Positions 39,801-53,178 of a stretch of DNA of 64,000 bases are shown here, one piece after another. Made by a program: the position numbers and the translations under genes. Every line of letters begins with the position of its first letter. Within the stretch, counting starts at the first letter, position 1. The DNA is from Octopus sinensis (Eukaryota), in assembly GCF_006345805.1 (NCBI RefSeq), contig NW_021832870.1:31085-95084 (forward strand), written 5' to 3'. The notes beneath the pieces are model-generated. The model saw nothing but the letters and a program-made list of their open reading frames with translations, was not told the DNA's origin and did not search any database.

Positions 39801-41130
39801 TAACAAATAGCCATGGAGACAGACAGACACGCTCCAACACACTCACATGCACAGACACTAATGTTTACACAAATACACACAGACATATGTCAATATATAC
39901 GAGGTGCTATTAGACTTATAGTTTCATAAGAGTGCGTTTAATTAACTGCGAAATCAAAAACGCAGGTGTTTGTTATACTGTGACTAAATAGAATGCTGCA
40001 GGCAGTACCGTTCTCGTCACGTGATTCTGATACATAATTTTCTAGTACATTCTATTTTCAGGAACATTCATTCTATTTATTTACCGGGTAAAAAAAATCC
40101 TAAATGAAACCTTTATTCCTTATGAATTTCCACCTTAATAGTGTTTTGGCATAAAGAATAGACCCTATGCTATGACCAGCTAGAAAACAGGATGAATAAA
40201 TAAAGGCTATGTGTAATGATGTGTACAGATATACACGTCTAATTAGGCTTAGATTATCCTTAGATATTGGTGTCTAGTTTCGGGATTTGATAAACAAGTC
40301 TATAAATTAAACTGACTCCATAACGACAAAAAAATCAGTAGCAGGCAGAGTCCTCTTTTTAAATTTAGTAACTTCTATGCTGAAGTAGCGACAACATGTT
40401 CTTTATCTCTTTAACTTCTTGGAGATTTTAAGTATAATTATACTAATGTGTCCATCTGTTCTAATTTAATTAAATTCTATGTCTTTGTACAGCTGAAGAT
40501 TGCTCTACATTTCAAATTGATGCAATGATTGCATTGTTCAGTTAAATGGAGTTGCATGAAACGATCGTACTGCATTACCTCTGGATATCCTTGTTGCTTA
40601 TTTTAAAGAAAATGTAGTCGGTATTTATGCAGAGTATAATGCACAAGTGTTTTGTGGGACCGACAGAAATCAATTAGTAAGCATAAAACACGGATACGTA
40701 GGCTTTAAAACACCAGTTTCCGTTTACTTAGCCGATTAACAAGACATCTTTTTGAAATACCACATGGAAACCAGATGAAGGGGCCTCTTGCTTCTTCCAC
40801 TTCACGGATCACGCAACACATCTTGTGTTTGCATTGGTTTTACACGATGGATCTGTTTCACCCCGTTGTTACCAGAAAGCTGTGTTTTAGCATTTCTCAT
40901 CAGACTCACGCCACTTTCGGACCCAATTCACTACATACACGCCTCAAACGCCTCCGATAAATATCGCGCGCACATGCAAACACGTGCGCACGTGCAAAAA
41001 CATGCACGCACGTGCGCATGCATACACATGCTCACACGTCCATGTGTAACACACACGCAACACAAAAATCTATCCTCGCACCACAATACTTCCGTCAATA
41101 CTCTCTACTTGCATGCATGCACATGCTCAT

Positions 41131-41161
<31 letters not shown>

Positions 41162-41217
41162 TACACATGCTCCCTCGTCAGAACACATACACGAACACAC
41201 ACGCATATGTACGTACG

Positions 41218-41249
<32 letters not shown>

Positions 41250-41334
41250 AGTTTGGCAGATACCTTTATGCATCTCACTCAAACAAATGCACACATACAC
41301 AAACCTGTACATATAACAGACATATACCTCTTTT

Positions 41335-41728
41335 AGTCTTTTACTTATTTCAGTCATTTGACTGTGGCCATGCTGGAGCACCGCCTTCAGTCGAGCAAAT
41401 CGACCCCAGGACTTATTCTTGGAAGTCTGGTACTTATTCTATCGGCTTTTTTGCTTTGCCGAACCGCATGATTACGGGGACATAAACACACCAGCATCGG
41501 TTATCAAGCGATGTTGAGGGTACAAACACGCACACACTCACACACACACACATATATATATATACGTGACGGGCTTCTTTCAGTTTCCGTCTGCCAAATC
41601 CACTCACAAGGCTTTGGTCGGTCCGAGGCTATAGTAGAAGACACTTGCCCAAGGTGCCATGCAGTGGGACAGAACCCGGAAGCATGTGGTTGGTAAGCTA
41701 GCTACTTACCACACAGCCACTCCTGTGC
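41335..41728 (-). mobile_element. SINE B, full length
   Basis: Consensus match. Confidence 0.9.
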
Positions 41729-42057
41729 CTATATGCAAACGCACATACACAGATGCACAGATGCAGTTACATACATACACAAAGAACCATGTATATATTG
41801 AAAAAACTGCTACACACCATTCTCACATGCACACATGGATACTAACTACACACGTAAATAGATACACACCTGTCCTCGTCTTCACTGTTGCGCTAACCCC
41901 ACCACCACCACCACCACTTAAACTCAGCAAAGATCTTATGTTTCAAAGTGTGAAAGCAGACCAACATATATTCTATGGTAACATCAAGCAAATAATTAAA
42001 ATGTAATGAGGAGTCAGCAAATATCCTGGCAATTTCCACCACATACGTGACGTATAA

Positions 42058-42109
<52 letters not shown>

Positions 42110-42151
42110 TACATACACATATATACATATATAATATATATATAATATATA

Positions 42152-42202
<51 letters not shown>

Positions 42203-42485
42203 TATTCCATTTGCCTCCAGTTCAAGCATGTGATGTTGATAAGCCGAAAATGGCGAAACATCAATGTCTACCGCTCCTCAATGAGAATGGGAATGAGTTG
42301 TCTCACCGTCTACGATTATAACTTTCAGGTCTTCTGACACCCGTCGTTTGCAGAAGGCTGTATCCACCGCGCCAGTACCCGCAGCCGACACGCGAGCTAG
42401 CAAAGCACATACCTTATGTGTGTTGGATAATTATATATATTATAATATATATATATAATATATATATATATATATGTCTGTGTGT

Positions 42486-42524
<39 letters not shown>

Positions 42525-42564
42525 TGTGTGTGTGTATCTGTGTGTGTGTGTGTGACAATTATTC

Positions 42565-42900
42565 GGTAGCCATGATATTCTTGTTTGGGCCAGAGGGGCA
42601 AAGGTATGTACCAACATAGAGGTCAGCTGCTTTTCAGATATAAATATCTCTTTGAAAATCAGAGGAAAAGTGGATATCTATGGATAACTGCTTCGAAACC
42701 TCCAGCTTCTATATCCAGACTATGAATTCATATTCATATCAATAACAATTGGAGCACCAGGTTTTGTTAGTAAATGCTTAAAGGAGAATCTGGATAAACT
42801 AGGATTTTCAGAAAGAGAAATCGACCGGCTAATTCGTTCATTACAATTGCAATTTTTGAGTGGAACAGTAAAAATATAAAGACTTTTCTCAAGTTCTGAA
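42565..42900 (+). mobile_element. R4/Dong-type LINE C-terminal (RLE) fragment, degenerate
   Basis: HDILVW..IEVSC..DINISLKI..LLRNLQLLYPDYEFIFISITIGAPGF..CLKENLDKLGF. Confidence 0.65.
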
Positions 42901-43149
42901 TGTGAATTTGTTTGTGTTAACTACATCCCAAAGATGGAACCTTGTATCTTTGTTGGAAACCGGCTTCGTTCTCAGTGGAAGATTTGTGATAATTTATGAA
43001 TAGATGATATACATACGTGCATACACATATATACATACATACATACATACATACATACATACATACATACATGCATGCATACATACATACATACATACAT
43101 ACATACATACATACATGCATACATACATACATACATACATACATACAGC

Positions 43150-43810
43150 AAAGCAGTTTATCATGGACGAATAACCGGATTACTTCCACCTACTTTGAAG
43201 GGTATGCGTTTGCGATCCAGGAACAGGAAATATCAACCATAAAAGGGATAGAGATGCAGGTAAAGCCGTAAAATGTGACAACCGATGCAGACTTTGTGGA
43301 TTTCACACTGAAGATATCACCTTCATCATAAGCAGTTGTCCGAAAATGTCATCACGGTATATCCAACAATGAGACATGATATTGTAGCTAGGACACTCTG
43401 TAATGAAATCCGTCGGAAGGATAATCCCAAGGAGAAACAAATAAAAGCCCACAATATGGTTGAAGCCATAACCACTCATAATAAAAAGGAGTACTGGTGG
43501 AATGTCCCAGGAAAGACTTCAATAAAATGTAAACACAACAGAACTGATATAATGATTTGGGATAGAGAAGAGTAACTGTGCACAGTTATGGAAATTAGCT
43601 GCCCAGCGGATGTTAACATAAAACTGAAGATCAGTGTAAAAGAGAGCACATATGCTGAACCATTGAGAAATCTGAAGTTACTCCAAATTACAATTACAGT
43701 TTTATACCTGTAATTATTGGGACCCTGGGATATGCAACACGATGCTTAAATACCAGTCTTGGGTAATTAGACTTCTCAAAACCAGAAAGAAGAAAGCTAA
43801 TTCAGAGAAT
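43150..43810 (+). mobile_element. R4/Dong-type LINE fragment (CCHC + RLE), degenerate
   Basis: FEGYAFAIQEQEI; CRLCGFHTEDITFIISSC; MRHDIVA; NRTDIMIWD; MEISCPAD; PVIIGTLG. Confidence 0.8.
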
Positions 43811-44264
43811 TACTTTAAAATTTCGTAAAATTTTCCAGAAGTTTATCATTTAAATATATATGTGCATGTCTAGGTATGCAACTGTATGCATGAGAATATA
43901 TACATACAAACATGCATACATATGTATATGTGTGTGCATATATATGCATATATATACATATAAATACATACACACACACACACACACACATATATATACA
44001 CACTCAAATTTATATATGTACGTGTGAATATGTCTGTATAGATGCACATACACATGTATGCACACACGTACGCAAACACACATGAAAATACACGCACAAA
44101 CACATGCAATGCAAACATACACATATATGTATCCATGCACACATATACACAGATATGCATATAATTCATATCTATGTATATGCGTGCATGTTCATGTGTC
44201 CGTGTATGTATGGAAATGTATATAGATAGTTGTATGCAGGTATGATTGTATGTGCTTGTATGAG

Positions 44265-44420
44265 AGAGCAGTGCATGCCATCAAAGTGACACTGGGGTAA
44301 AGTATACGAAGCCCAGTACACCCATTATGACTACCTGTCTGATAAGGGTGCACCAGGAACATGCATCACAAACACAATGTGCGCGACATGGTGATTCATA
44401 TCAAGATAAACAGCGCATAC
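44265..44420. repeat. fragment of an unclassified interspersed repeat (longer copy at 48918-49470)
   Basis: GCATGCCATCAAAGTGACACTGGGG..GATAAGGGTGCACCAGG..GTGCGCGAC shared. Confidence 0.8.
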
Positions 44421-44450
44421 TATAATATATATTATAATATATATATATAC

Positions 44451-44509
<59 letters not shown>

Positions 44510-45306
44510 ATATCTATATAATATATATAATATATATTATATTTATATATATATATCTGTTTATATATTATATCTATTGTGAATAGCAGAATGCATCTAA
44601 TATTAATAATATTAGTAATAATTGATTATTGTTTATGCTTATAAATGCCAATATGTATGTACATTTCAGTATATATATAAGTATTTATGTATAATCTATA
44701 TATGTATGTATATGTACATCTATATATATAAGTATTCAAATGTGTGTGTATTTTTTTTATTTTATATTTATATTTATTTATAACTTAATATTATGTACTT
44801 TATAAAATCTCTGACGTAGCCTAGAGAAATGCCCAAGTACCTCAGTTTCATCCACCTATTACTTCAGTCCACTTGAATAATAAAGGTAGAATGAGGTATT
44901 TTTACCTCTTGGCTGAAACAGCTGTAAGTTATTTTCTCAATTCATGTTTGTTATCTTATAATAATTACTGGTATCCTTATTCATTAATATATTTCATATA
45001 TTATATGCAAAGCATAATAGGTTATACATGTATGTATATTATTGCAATTATCAGTTTAGTAAATAAATAAGTTAACATAATATAATTTCTAAAAGTTGAT
45101 GGACCACCAATTGATCCCCTCCATTTTCTTATTGCTATATAAATTGAAGGTAAAATATCTCTTTACCTTCACCTATTTAGTACCTAGGTAATGTAATTGC
45201 AATGCAATAAAATACATTATTAATAATTGGGTATTCTACCAGCAGTATATTGGATAGATATTATCTCTTAGTGGGTTGGATTCACAACCCCTAACTTTCT
45301 TGGAGT

Positions 45307-45337
<31 letters not shown>

Positions 45338-46169
45338 TTATGGAACATGTGCATATGGTTACGTATGTGTGCATATATGCATGCAGTACTGTATACATAC
45401 ATGGATGCATCCTTATCTCCATGAATATATAAATATACGCTCTTACATGCACGTATACATTCTGACAGCACGTAGACACACACATAGGTACATAGAGACA
45501 TACATATTTTAACGCATATATAAGTGTGTAACGTCTGCCTTTTGAAAATTCTTCATATTTATGCAAACAGACAAGAATGTTGCATAGAAACGTGGTGTTT
45601 AAGGAAATAGCATGGCGAATATATATATAAGCAACCATCATCAGCATCTACAGCAGTCACAATAACAACAGCAGCATTAGCAGCAGCATCCACAACAACA
45701 GCATCGATAAACATCGGCAAAGAACTGGAGCAGCAAACGATAATAAGATGAGGAAGTGAGGTGATGCAAGAAGCGTTTTAGCGGAAGTGGAGAAAGGAGA
45801 ACGAATGTGTGTTAAAGTTGGTGCGTCAATAGAAGTCTCCCTCTCTCTCTTTCTCTTTCTCTCTCTCACTTTCCCGCTCTCTCTTTCCTTTCCTCGGTCT
45901 TTCTCTCTCTCTCCTTCTCCCTCCCTTTCTCTCTCGTGTCTTCTATGATCGATGGAAAGCGAAGAATGTTCAAGAAACAAGTAAACATATGAGAGAAAGG
46001 CATTCCATTGCTGCTGCTTGCTGCGCCATATTTGAACGGAAAGTATTTCTGGTCGGTGGTAGTGGGAGGCGGAGAAGGAGGAGGAGGAGGCGGCGGCTCG
46101 AGGTTATCATTGTTGTTATTGACGATACTAGTGTTTTTCTTCTTTTTCTTCCTCTTTCTCTTCTTCCTG

Positions 46170-46322
46170 TTCTTCTTCTTGGTGTAGTAGTAGTAGTAGT
46201 GGTGGTGGTGGATATGGTTGTGGTTATGGTGGTGGTGGTGGCATCGTGGTGGTAGTGCTGGAGGTGGTGATGGAGGTGGTGATAGTGGTGAGTAGTAGTA
46301 GTAGTAATAGTAGTAGTAGTAA

Positions 46323-46374
<52 letters not shown>

Positions 46375-46570
46375 GGTGGTGGTGGTGGTGGTGGTGGTGG
46401 TGGTGGTAGTAGTGGTGGTGGTGGTTATCGTTGTGGTTATCGTGGTGGTAGTGCTGGAGGTGATGGTAATGGTGAGTAGTAGTAGTAGTAGTAGTAGTAG
46501 CAGTGGTGGTGGTGGCGGTGGTGGCGGCGGCGGCAGCGGTGGTGATAGCAGTAGTAGTGGTGGTGGCAAC

Positions 46571-46630
<60 letters not shown>

Positions 46631-46690
46631 TGTAGTAGTAGTAGTAGTAGTAGGGACAATGGCAGACAGACGCATTAGTAGTAGTAGTGT
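46170..46690. repeat. compound triplet array (TAG/TGG/GGC)
   Basis: Direct reading. Confidence 0.95.
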
Positions 46691-47324
46691 ACATATTTCC
46701 ATCGTTATCCTCGTTATTGTTTGAAATAGCCGAATATCTTTGTTTACGATAGAACCAGCGAGTGAGGGGAAAAATACCCAAGGACGCCTGCTGCAAGAAA
46801 ACTGAATAGCGGATGGAGTACTAATAGACTTGATGAAGTGAGCCAAGAGAACTTGATAAAAAAAAACTTCATGTTAAGTAACCAGAACAGCAATTGTCTA
46901 AATATCTAATTCTGGCAAAAAGAAAACCAAACGTAGGGGAGACAACCCTGTAACTTTAATTAATTAAAATTAAAAAGAATCAAGTATGGAATGTTGTAGA
47001 GAGTGACTATGAGCGGTGTAGATGAAATGTGTGCCACCCAGGGCAGCTATTGAGTGTGCCACCCTCCCTCAGTCAATATAACCTATACAGGTTTACACAG
47101 TACATTCAGAAGTGCCGCTTCCATAAAAATATCGCCCTGGGGTGAACTGTCTCTCTACACTTCTGCCACTTCTTCTGCTGCAAGTGATTATTCCAGCCGT
47201 TGCTGTTTTTGTTTTACGTGGAGCGCGTGGCTGAGTGGTTAGTGTATTCGGGTCACGGTCGTGAGTTCGATTCCCGGCTGTGCGTCGTGTCCTTGAGCAA
47301 GACACTTTATTTCACGTTTTCCGA

Positions 47325-47660
47325 GTGGTGGTGATAGTAGTAGTAGTAGTAGTGGTGGTGGTGGTGGTGGTGGTAGTAGTACTAGTAGTAGTAGTGGTAG
47401 TGGCAGTGGTGGTCATGGTGGTCATGGTGGTGGTGGTGCTGGTGGTAGTTGTAGTAGTAGTAGTAGTAGTACTGGTGGTGTTGGTGGTGGTAGTAGTGGT
47501 AGTAGTAGCGCTGATGGTGGTGGTGGTGGTAGTTGTAGTAGTAGTAATAGTGCTGGTGGTGTTGGTGGTGGTGGTAGTAGTAGTAGTAGCGGTGGTGGTG
47601 GTGGTGGTGGTGGTGGTATTGGTGGTACTTATAGTAGTAGTAGTAGCAGTAGTTATTGTT
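47325..47660. repeat. compound triplet array (TAG/TGG)
   Basis: Direct reading; follows a SINE C head at ~47220-47315. Confidence 0.95.
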
Positions 47661-48045
47661 GTTCTTGTTTTTCCTGTTATTGTCGCTACTGTTTGCATAG
47701 CTGTAATTAATTGGTGAAATATTCACGGCCAGAAATGGTTGTGTCTTTAGGAAATTCGCACAAGTATGAAGTTTCCTGCTCAGTTCCCCAACACGGAACC
47801 TTCGGAAAATGTCTTCCATTGAAATACTGGGGCCAACCTAAGGTTCATGATTGTACAAGCGCGTTTGTTTGTATTCTCACTACTTGACAACTGGCGCTAG
47901 TTCGATTATTTCCGCATGATAGACATATAAATGTACATACATGCATATCCAGCGACTTTCCACCATTGTGTGTTCGTGTAAACGTCGCAAAAGATGTACA
48001 CATCGTTTTGCACATTCACAGACACACACACATAACAACACCCGC

Positions 48046-48079
<34 letters not shown>

Positions 48080-48084
48080 TCTTT

Positions 48085-48348
48085 GTAAGCCTAGTACTTA
48101 TTCTATTGGTTGTCAAGCGATGTTGGGGGTGAGTCAAAAACAGACACAAATACACACACACGCATATATATATATGTATGTATACGACGTGCTTCTTTCA
48201 GTTTCCGTCTACCAAATCCACTCACAAAGCTTTAGTCGGCCCGATGCTATAGTAGAAGACACTTGCCCAAGGTGCCACGCAGTGGTACTGAACCCGGAAC
48301 CATATGGTTGGTAAGCAAGCTACTTACCACACAGCCACTCCTGCGCCT
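48085..48348 (-). mobile_element. SINE B, internally deleted
   Basis: Consensus match. Confidence 0.85.
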
Positions 48349-48917
48349 ACACACACAGATATATATACATTTTTGCTGAACCTTAATTATAATTATACTC
48401 ATGATTATTTAAAAAATTGTTTCATTTTACCGATAATGGCTATTTTAACATACCGAACTACTTGGTAAAATTATTAATTATTAATTCTTTAATTCCTTAA
48501 TTAATTTTACCCTTATTTCGAAAAATCGCAACAAAGGGTACGGTGAAATTTCCTTAGAGAGTGTAAAATCCAACAATTCGGACACTTTAGTGAAAATTTG
48601 AAAATGAAAGTCAAGGAAGGCGGCAGACTTTTAAAGGTTTGAGAAACTGGCTGCAACTGATGAGAATCATAAAATATAGCATTAGCATCACAAGCAGACA
48701 GGTCTCTATGAAATAAACGTTAATCATGAAGTACTGGAGTCAATATTATCGGTCATAATTCCCTACTCTCCATCAAAAGTATTGCCTTCCTCTCGCCAAA
48801 AGTTTGTGACATTATGCATGTATCAGAGATGATTGTTATCATCATGATTATCAGATTGCCTCTCCCTCAGATTTCAGGCTTTGTGCCTTTAGTAGAAAGG
48901 ACTATTATTATTAAGTG

Positions 48918-49470
48918 AGAGAGCACTGCATGCCATCAAAGTGACACTGGGGAAACAAATACGAAGCCCAGTATACCCATCATGACTACCCGTCCGATAA
49001 GGGTGCACCAGGCACATGCATCACAACCATATGTGCGCGACGTGGTGATCTCATATCAAGATTAACAGCAATTGACCTTGCAGGTAGGGCCAAGTTAGAA
49101 TTTTCTTCAGGTCGAGTAACCCATCTCGCTCAAAAGGTTCCTCAATAAGGATTGTTTAAGGATGTTGAATGAAACACCCATGTTTCCAAAGGCGAATTAT
49201 CTAAACCTCAAAGAATTCCTCTCAACACAAGGCTATGATGCTCCCCTACTACTTCTGCTCGTGGTCAGAGATGCACATATCGTCAGCCACCAAGGGACAT
49301 GGTCAACTGGTTAAGATCAAACAACTGACAAGCAAATCTGTGGTATTGAACAGAATATTTGCTGTAGCCCATCTTTTATGCCAAGACAAAACAATGTACA
49401 TGATAACACTTCCAATCAGTTAAGATCAGAAGCCACGAGAGCCACTGCCTGGTACTTCATCAGGGCATTT
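48918..49470. mobile_element. unclassified ~550-bp interspersed repeat abutting (TTA)n
   Basis: Second partial copy at 44265-44420; no ORF or TIR recognised. Confidence 0.55.
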
Positions 49471-49483
49471 ATTATTATTATTA

Positions 49484-49514
<31 letters not shown>

Positions 49515-49528
49515 TTATTATTATTATT

Positions 49529-49850
49529 TCGTGATGCATATATGCCATTTGAATATGGCTAACCCATAAGGGTGGATGCTACTGTAGTTTGTAGCCCCAG
49601 GAAGACACCTCCTCCCGCTGGCTATAGACACACTATCTGTGTCCTGTCAGTATTTGTGAAGGGGAGTCATCCTCCCCGTCTTCAACACATGATACACACG
49701 TACCCGAGTTTCAAGGTGTTTACCTTTCATCAGCGTGTGACAATCATGGTTGTCGACGAGAAGTCAGAAGGTGTCTTCCTGGGGCTACAAACTACAGTAG
49801 CATCCACCCTTATGGGTTAGCCATATTCGAATGGCATATATGCATCACGA
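49529..49850 (-). mobile_element. 322-bp element with 82-bp inverted arms enclosing a hammerhead ribozyme, (TAA)n at its 3' side
   Basis: Arms 49529-49610 and 49769-49850, 81/82 identical. Confidence 0.8.
49695..49739 (-). ncRNA. canonical minimal type-I hammerhead ribozyme
   Basis: CACACG-CUGAUGA-AAGGU AAAC ACCUU-GAAAC-UCGG-GU-A-CGUGUG; all core nucleotides present, stems I (6 bp) and II (5 bp) perfect. Confidence 0.85.
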
Positions 49851-50608
49851 TGTGTTACCGCTACTGTTTATAACTCGCTCAGAGATTTATCATTGTTATT
49901 ATTATATTATTATTATTATTATTATTATTAAAGGATTGCGGTAACTCCTCCTGAAGATATAGTCAAAATTAAAAGAAGAGTGCCATTGTTATCTAGTGGA
50001 CGATATTTCGACGTCTCGTGTGTCTTCAAAATTTTAGGCCTTGTGCCAGTAGAAAAGAATAATACTTTGTTGGGTGCATAAAAGCGTAAATCCATGCACG
50101 TATGATATTTTCAGTCAGAAATATTTTTTACAAAACTGTCACATGTGGGGCTTATTAAATTTTTGAAACATGTTAAACCGTCGACAATTTTCATCTGAAG
50201 CAGCTGTAGATGCGATAGTTTGACCAAAAGAACCGTCTATTGCAAGCAAAATTAAATATTTAAAGAAAAAGCCTTTGACCAAATTTGGACATACGATAGT
50301 TTAACATAATAGCAACGACATATGTATGTATACTGTGCGCACATACACATACACATATATGCATATATGCATATATGTTTGTGTATATCCATCTAATGGG
50401 CATTTTGGCGGGAATTCTGCCAGCTAGCCATCTTATTCCATGCATAATATTGATTTTGTTTATTGTTTTAGAAGATGAAGCTTCTTGAAGCATTACTCTG
50501 AGTTTCATATTGGTGATTACTGAAAACCGGCGACGTGAATCTCGAGGTAACAATTCGAAAACTTTCAGCTACAGTTAATACATACATACACCCTCACACA
50601 TACACGCA

Positions 50609-50696
<88 letters not shown>

Positions 50697-51217
50697 GTCT
50701 CTCACACACACACACATCCTAAGCTATTCACACTCAGTTACAGACATGTGTGTATGTTTTTCTGTGTGTGTGTGTATGTCTGCCTGTGTGTGAGTGTGTA
50801 TCCCACCATCGTTTTACAGCCGGTGTTTGTGTGTTTACGTCCCCTTAACTTAGCAGTTCAGCCAAACAGAACGATAGAATAATTACCAAGATTTAAAAAT
50901 AAAGTACCGGTGCCGATTCGTTCGACAAAGATTCTCCAAGATGGTGCCCCAGCATGGCCCTGCAGTCTAATGACTGAAACAAGCAAACGATAAGATATAA
51001 GCAACAGCTTGTGCCACAAAATATCTGGTCCTCCACCACCGCTAACCCAGATCGATAACTTTAAAACCAATCAAATAATGAAATCGGTTTGAAGAATACT
51101 CCACCCTACCAAGCGAATATATGGTCATGTGCCAATATCAGAAATCAATAATCAATAATATTAGGGTTATAGAGTGATTGATACAGTATACTACCTGGCT
51201 TTATTTAGTCCATCCTT

Positions 51218-51600
51218 ATGGCGGTGAGCTGGCAGAATCGTTAACACGCCGGGTAAAATGCTTAGTGGCATTTCGTCCGCCGTTACATTCTGAGTTCAAA
51301 TCCCACCGAGGTCGACACGGCTTTTCATTCTTTTCGAGTCGATAAAAAGAAGTACCAGTTACGTACTGGGGTCGATGTAATCGACTAGTCCCAGCCCTAC
51401 AAATTTCAGGATTTGTGCCTGTAGTAGAAAGTATTTTTTAATGCATCCTTAAGGCAGTGGGCTGGCAGAATCGTTAGCACATCGGGTAAAATGCTTTGCG
51501 GCATTTCGTCAGTCTTTAAGTTTTGAGTTCAAATTCCTCCGTGGTCGACCTTCCCTTTTGTTCTTTCGGAGTCGATAAAAAGAAGTACTGCGGCCATACT
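51218..51600 (+). mobile_element. two adjacent SINE A-type copies
   Basis: GGCGGTGAGCTGGCAGAATCGTTA and GGCAGTGGGCTGGCAGAATCGTTAG heads. Confidence 0.8.
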
Positions 51601-51842
51601 GGGACAAATTGATCTCAGGAACTGATACTGTTTGACTGATTTCATGGTTACATGAAAACAAACAATATATACGTTTGCATACACTCACACACACACACAC
51701 ACACACCACACACACACACACACACACTCACACACACAGTTATGTATACATAAATATTTATTCGAGCTCTATATTTAAGAGATGAAGAATTATATAGATT
51801 ATTTACAATTGACGGATATTTGTCCTCATCTTGTTTGTTGTT

Positions 51843-51888
51843 AACATTACGTTTCGGCTGATATACCCTCCAGCCTTCATCAGGTGTC
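51843..51888 (-). ncRNA. hammerhead-like motif in a Penelope-type tail (~51770-51900; headless copy at ~2720-2770)
   Basis: GACAC-CUGAUGA-A-GGCUG/CAGCC-GAAACGU-A-AUGUU. Confidence 0.6.
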
Positions 51889-52126
51889 TTGGGGAAATAT
51901 GTATATAAATATTTATATACATACATACTTATTTCATTAATCCCGAAAGGATATAACATTATATATAATGATAGAACATTAGCTGTTCAATCCCCTCTTA
52001 CTAACCTAACCATAGCCAAGCTCTTCATTCAAACGATCTATTTTCTACTGCTAAAAGAATACACTTCTTTGTCTTAGCTCACCTGCGAGTAACACCTCTT
52101 GGGGCGGTGAATTACTTCATCTAGGT

Positions 52127-52471
52127 CACTGGTTTTCAACCACTTTTTACAAATGGACCCCTTTGGTTACTATTTTACTCTGATGGACCCCATAGCCATA
52201 GACATAGTTTAAAAGGTAGTTTTGTGTATATTTCTTTCAAAATGCCTATTTTGTTTTTCGCTCATTAACTTGCATAAATTACACCATGTAAAACATTAAG
52301 GAAAGAAATCTAGCTGTTTCTTACAATACATACCAATACATACATCTAGCAAATATTTTTTATGCACTCTTAATAATACTTGGGACCCAATTTATTGTTT
52401 TGCCCGCACGGAACCCCCAAAATCTTATGTGGACCTTTAGGTGTCACATGGAGCGCGGTTGAGAATCACTG
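52127..52471. mobile_element. hAT-like MITE
   Basis: CACTGGTTTTCAACC / GGTTGAGAATCACTG terminal inverted repeats. Confidence 0.65.
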
Positions 52472-52544
52472 ACCGAGGCGTTGTATATCTTAGCAGAACT
52501 CTTGCGCTATGTTGATATTCTTTTTATTTATTTATGCGCCCTTT

Positions 52545-52836
52545 TCAAGCCTAGCCAGGCTCATGGGCCCGGTTTCCCGGTTTCTGTGGCGTATGTGTTG
52601 CCCCCAGCAACACGGGACGCCAGTCCATCGCAGTGTTACTCAAGAAACAGGAAGAAAGAGTGAGAGAAAGTTGTGGCGAAAGAGTACAGCAGGGGTCGCC
52701 ACCCCCCACTGCTGGAGCCTCGTGGAGCTTTAGGTATTTTCGCTCAATAAACACACACAACGCCCGGTCTGGGAATCGAAACCGCGATCCTCCGACCGCG
52801 AGTCCGCTGCCCTAACCACTGGGCCATTGCGCCTCC
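52545..52836 (-). mobile_element. SINE family C, full length (V-domain-like body)
   Basis: GGCGCAATGGCCCAGTGGTTAGGGCAGCGG..GGTTTCGATTCCC head; GCGATGGACTGGCGTCC body motif. Confidence 0.85.
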
Positions 52837-53178
52837 AATGTGATATTCTACGGTGTATTCATTACATAGCAAAATCATTTCAAGTAATATGTATGTATGT
52901 GTGTATGTATGTATGTATGTATGTATGTATGTATGTATGTATGTATGCATGTATGTATGTATGTTCGTATCGGCCACTATGAGTTGCTTCAATTAGCTTA
53001 TTGTTGTTTGTCATGCAAATTATCTTAAACGGTAAATACTCTGTGCCATTATATTTGGGCCCAAAATTTCCTGTCACGCTGGAGTCAAGTTAAAACAACA
53101 TTTTGCTGTTGGAACAGAAATACGTACTCACTGTTGTCCTCTTGTCTCCAGGGAAATCAGACCGCCTCTCCTTTAACG

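Noticed and set aside
40640-40990. Possible pogo/Tigger N-terminal remnant (VNWVRKWRE) and a CTGATGA..GAAAC pair on the minus strand
   Set aside because: Too degenerate; no proper stems or TIRs
45866-46846. 326-aa ORF with a signal-peptide-like MEICTLLLLMRLSAIVP and a strong acceptor at 46790
   Set aside because: It runs straight into triplet arrays, has no donor or recognisable domain, and cannot be linked to the other exons; left as unsupported
52083-52120. Possible upstream exon (DEVIHRPKRCYSQ|gtgagc) that would add a KR site and an eighth Cys to the host protein
   Set aside because: The donor is good, but the acceptor lies 5 nt from a MITE end with no pyrimidine tract; too speculative
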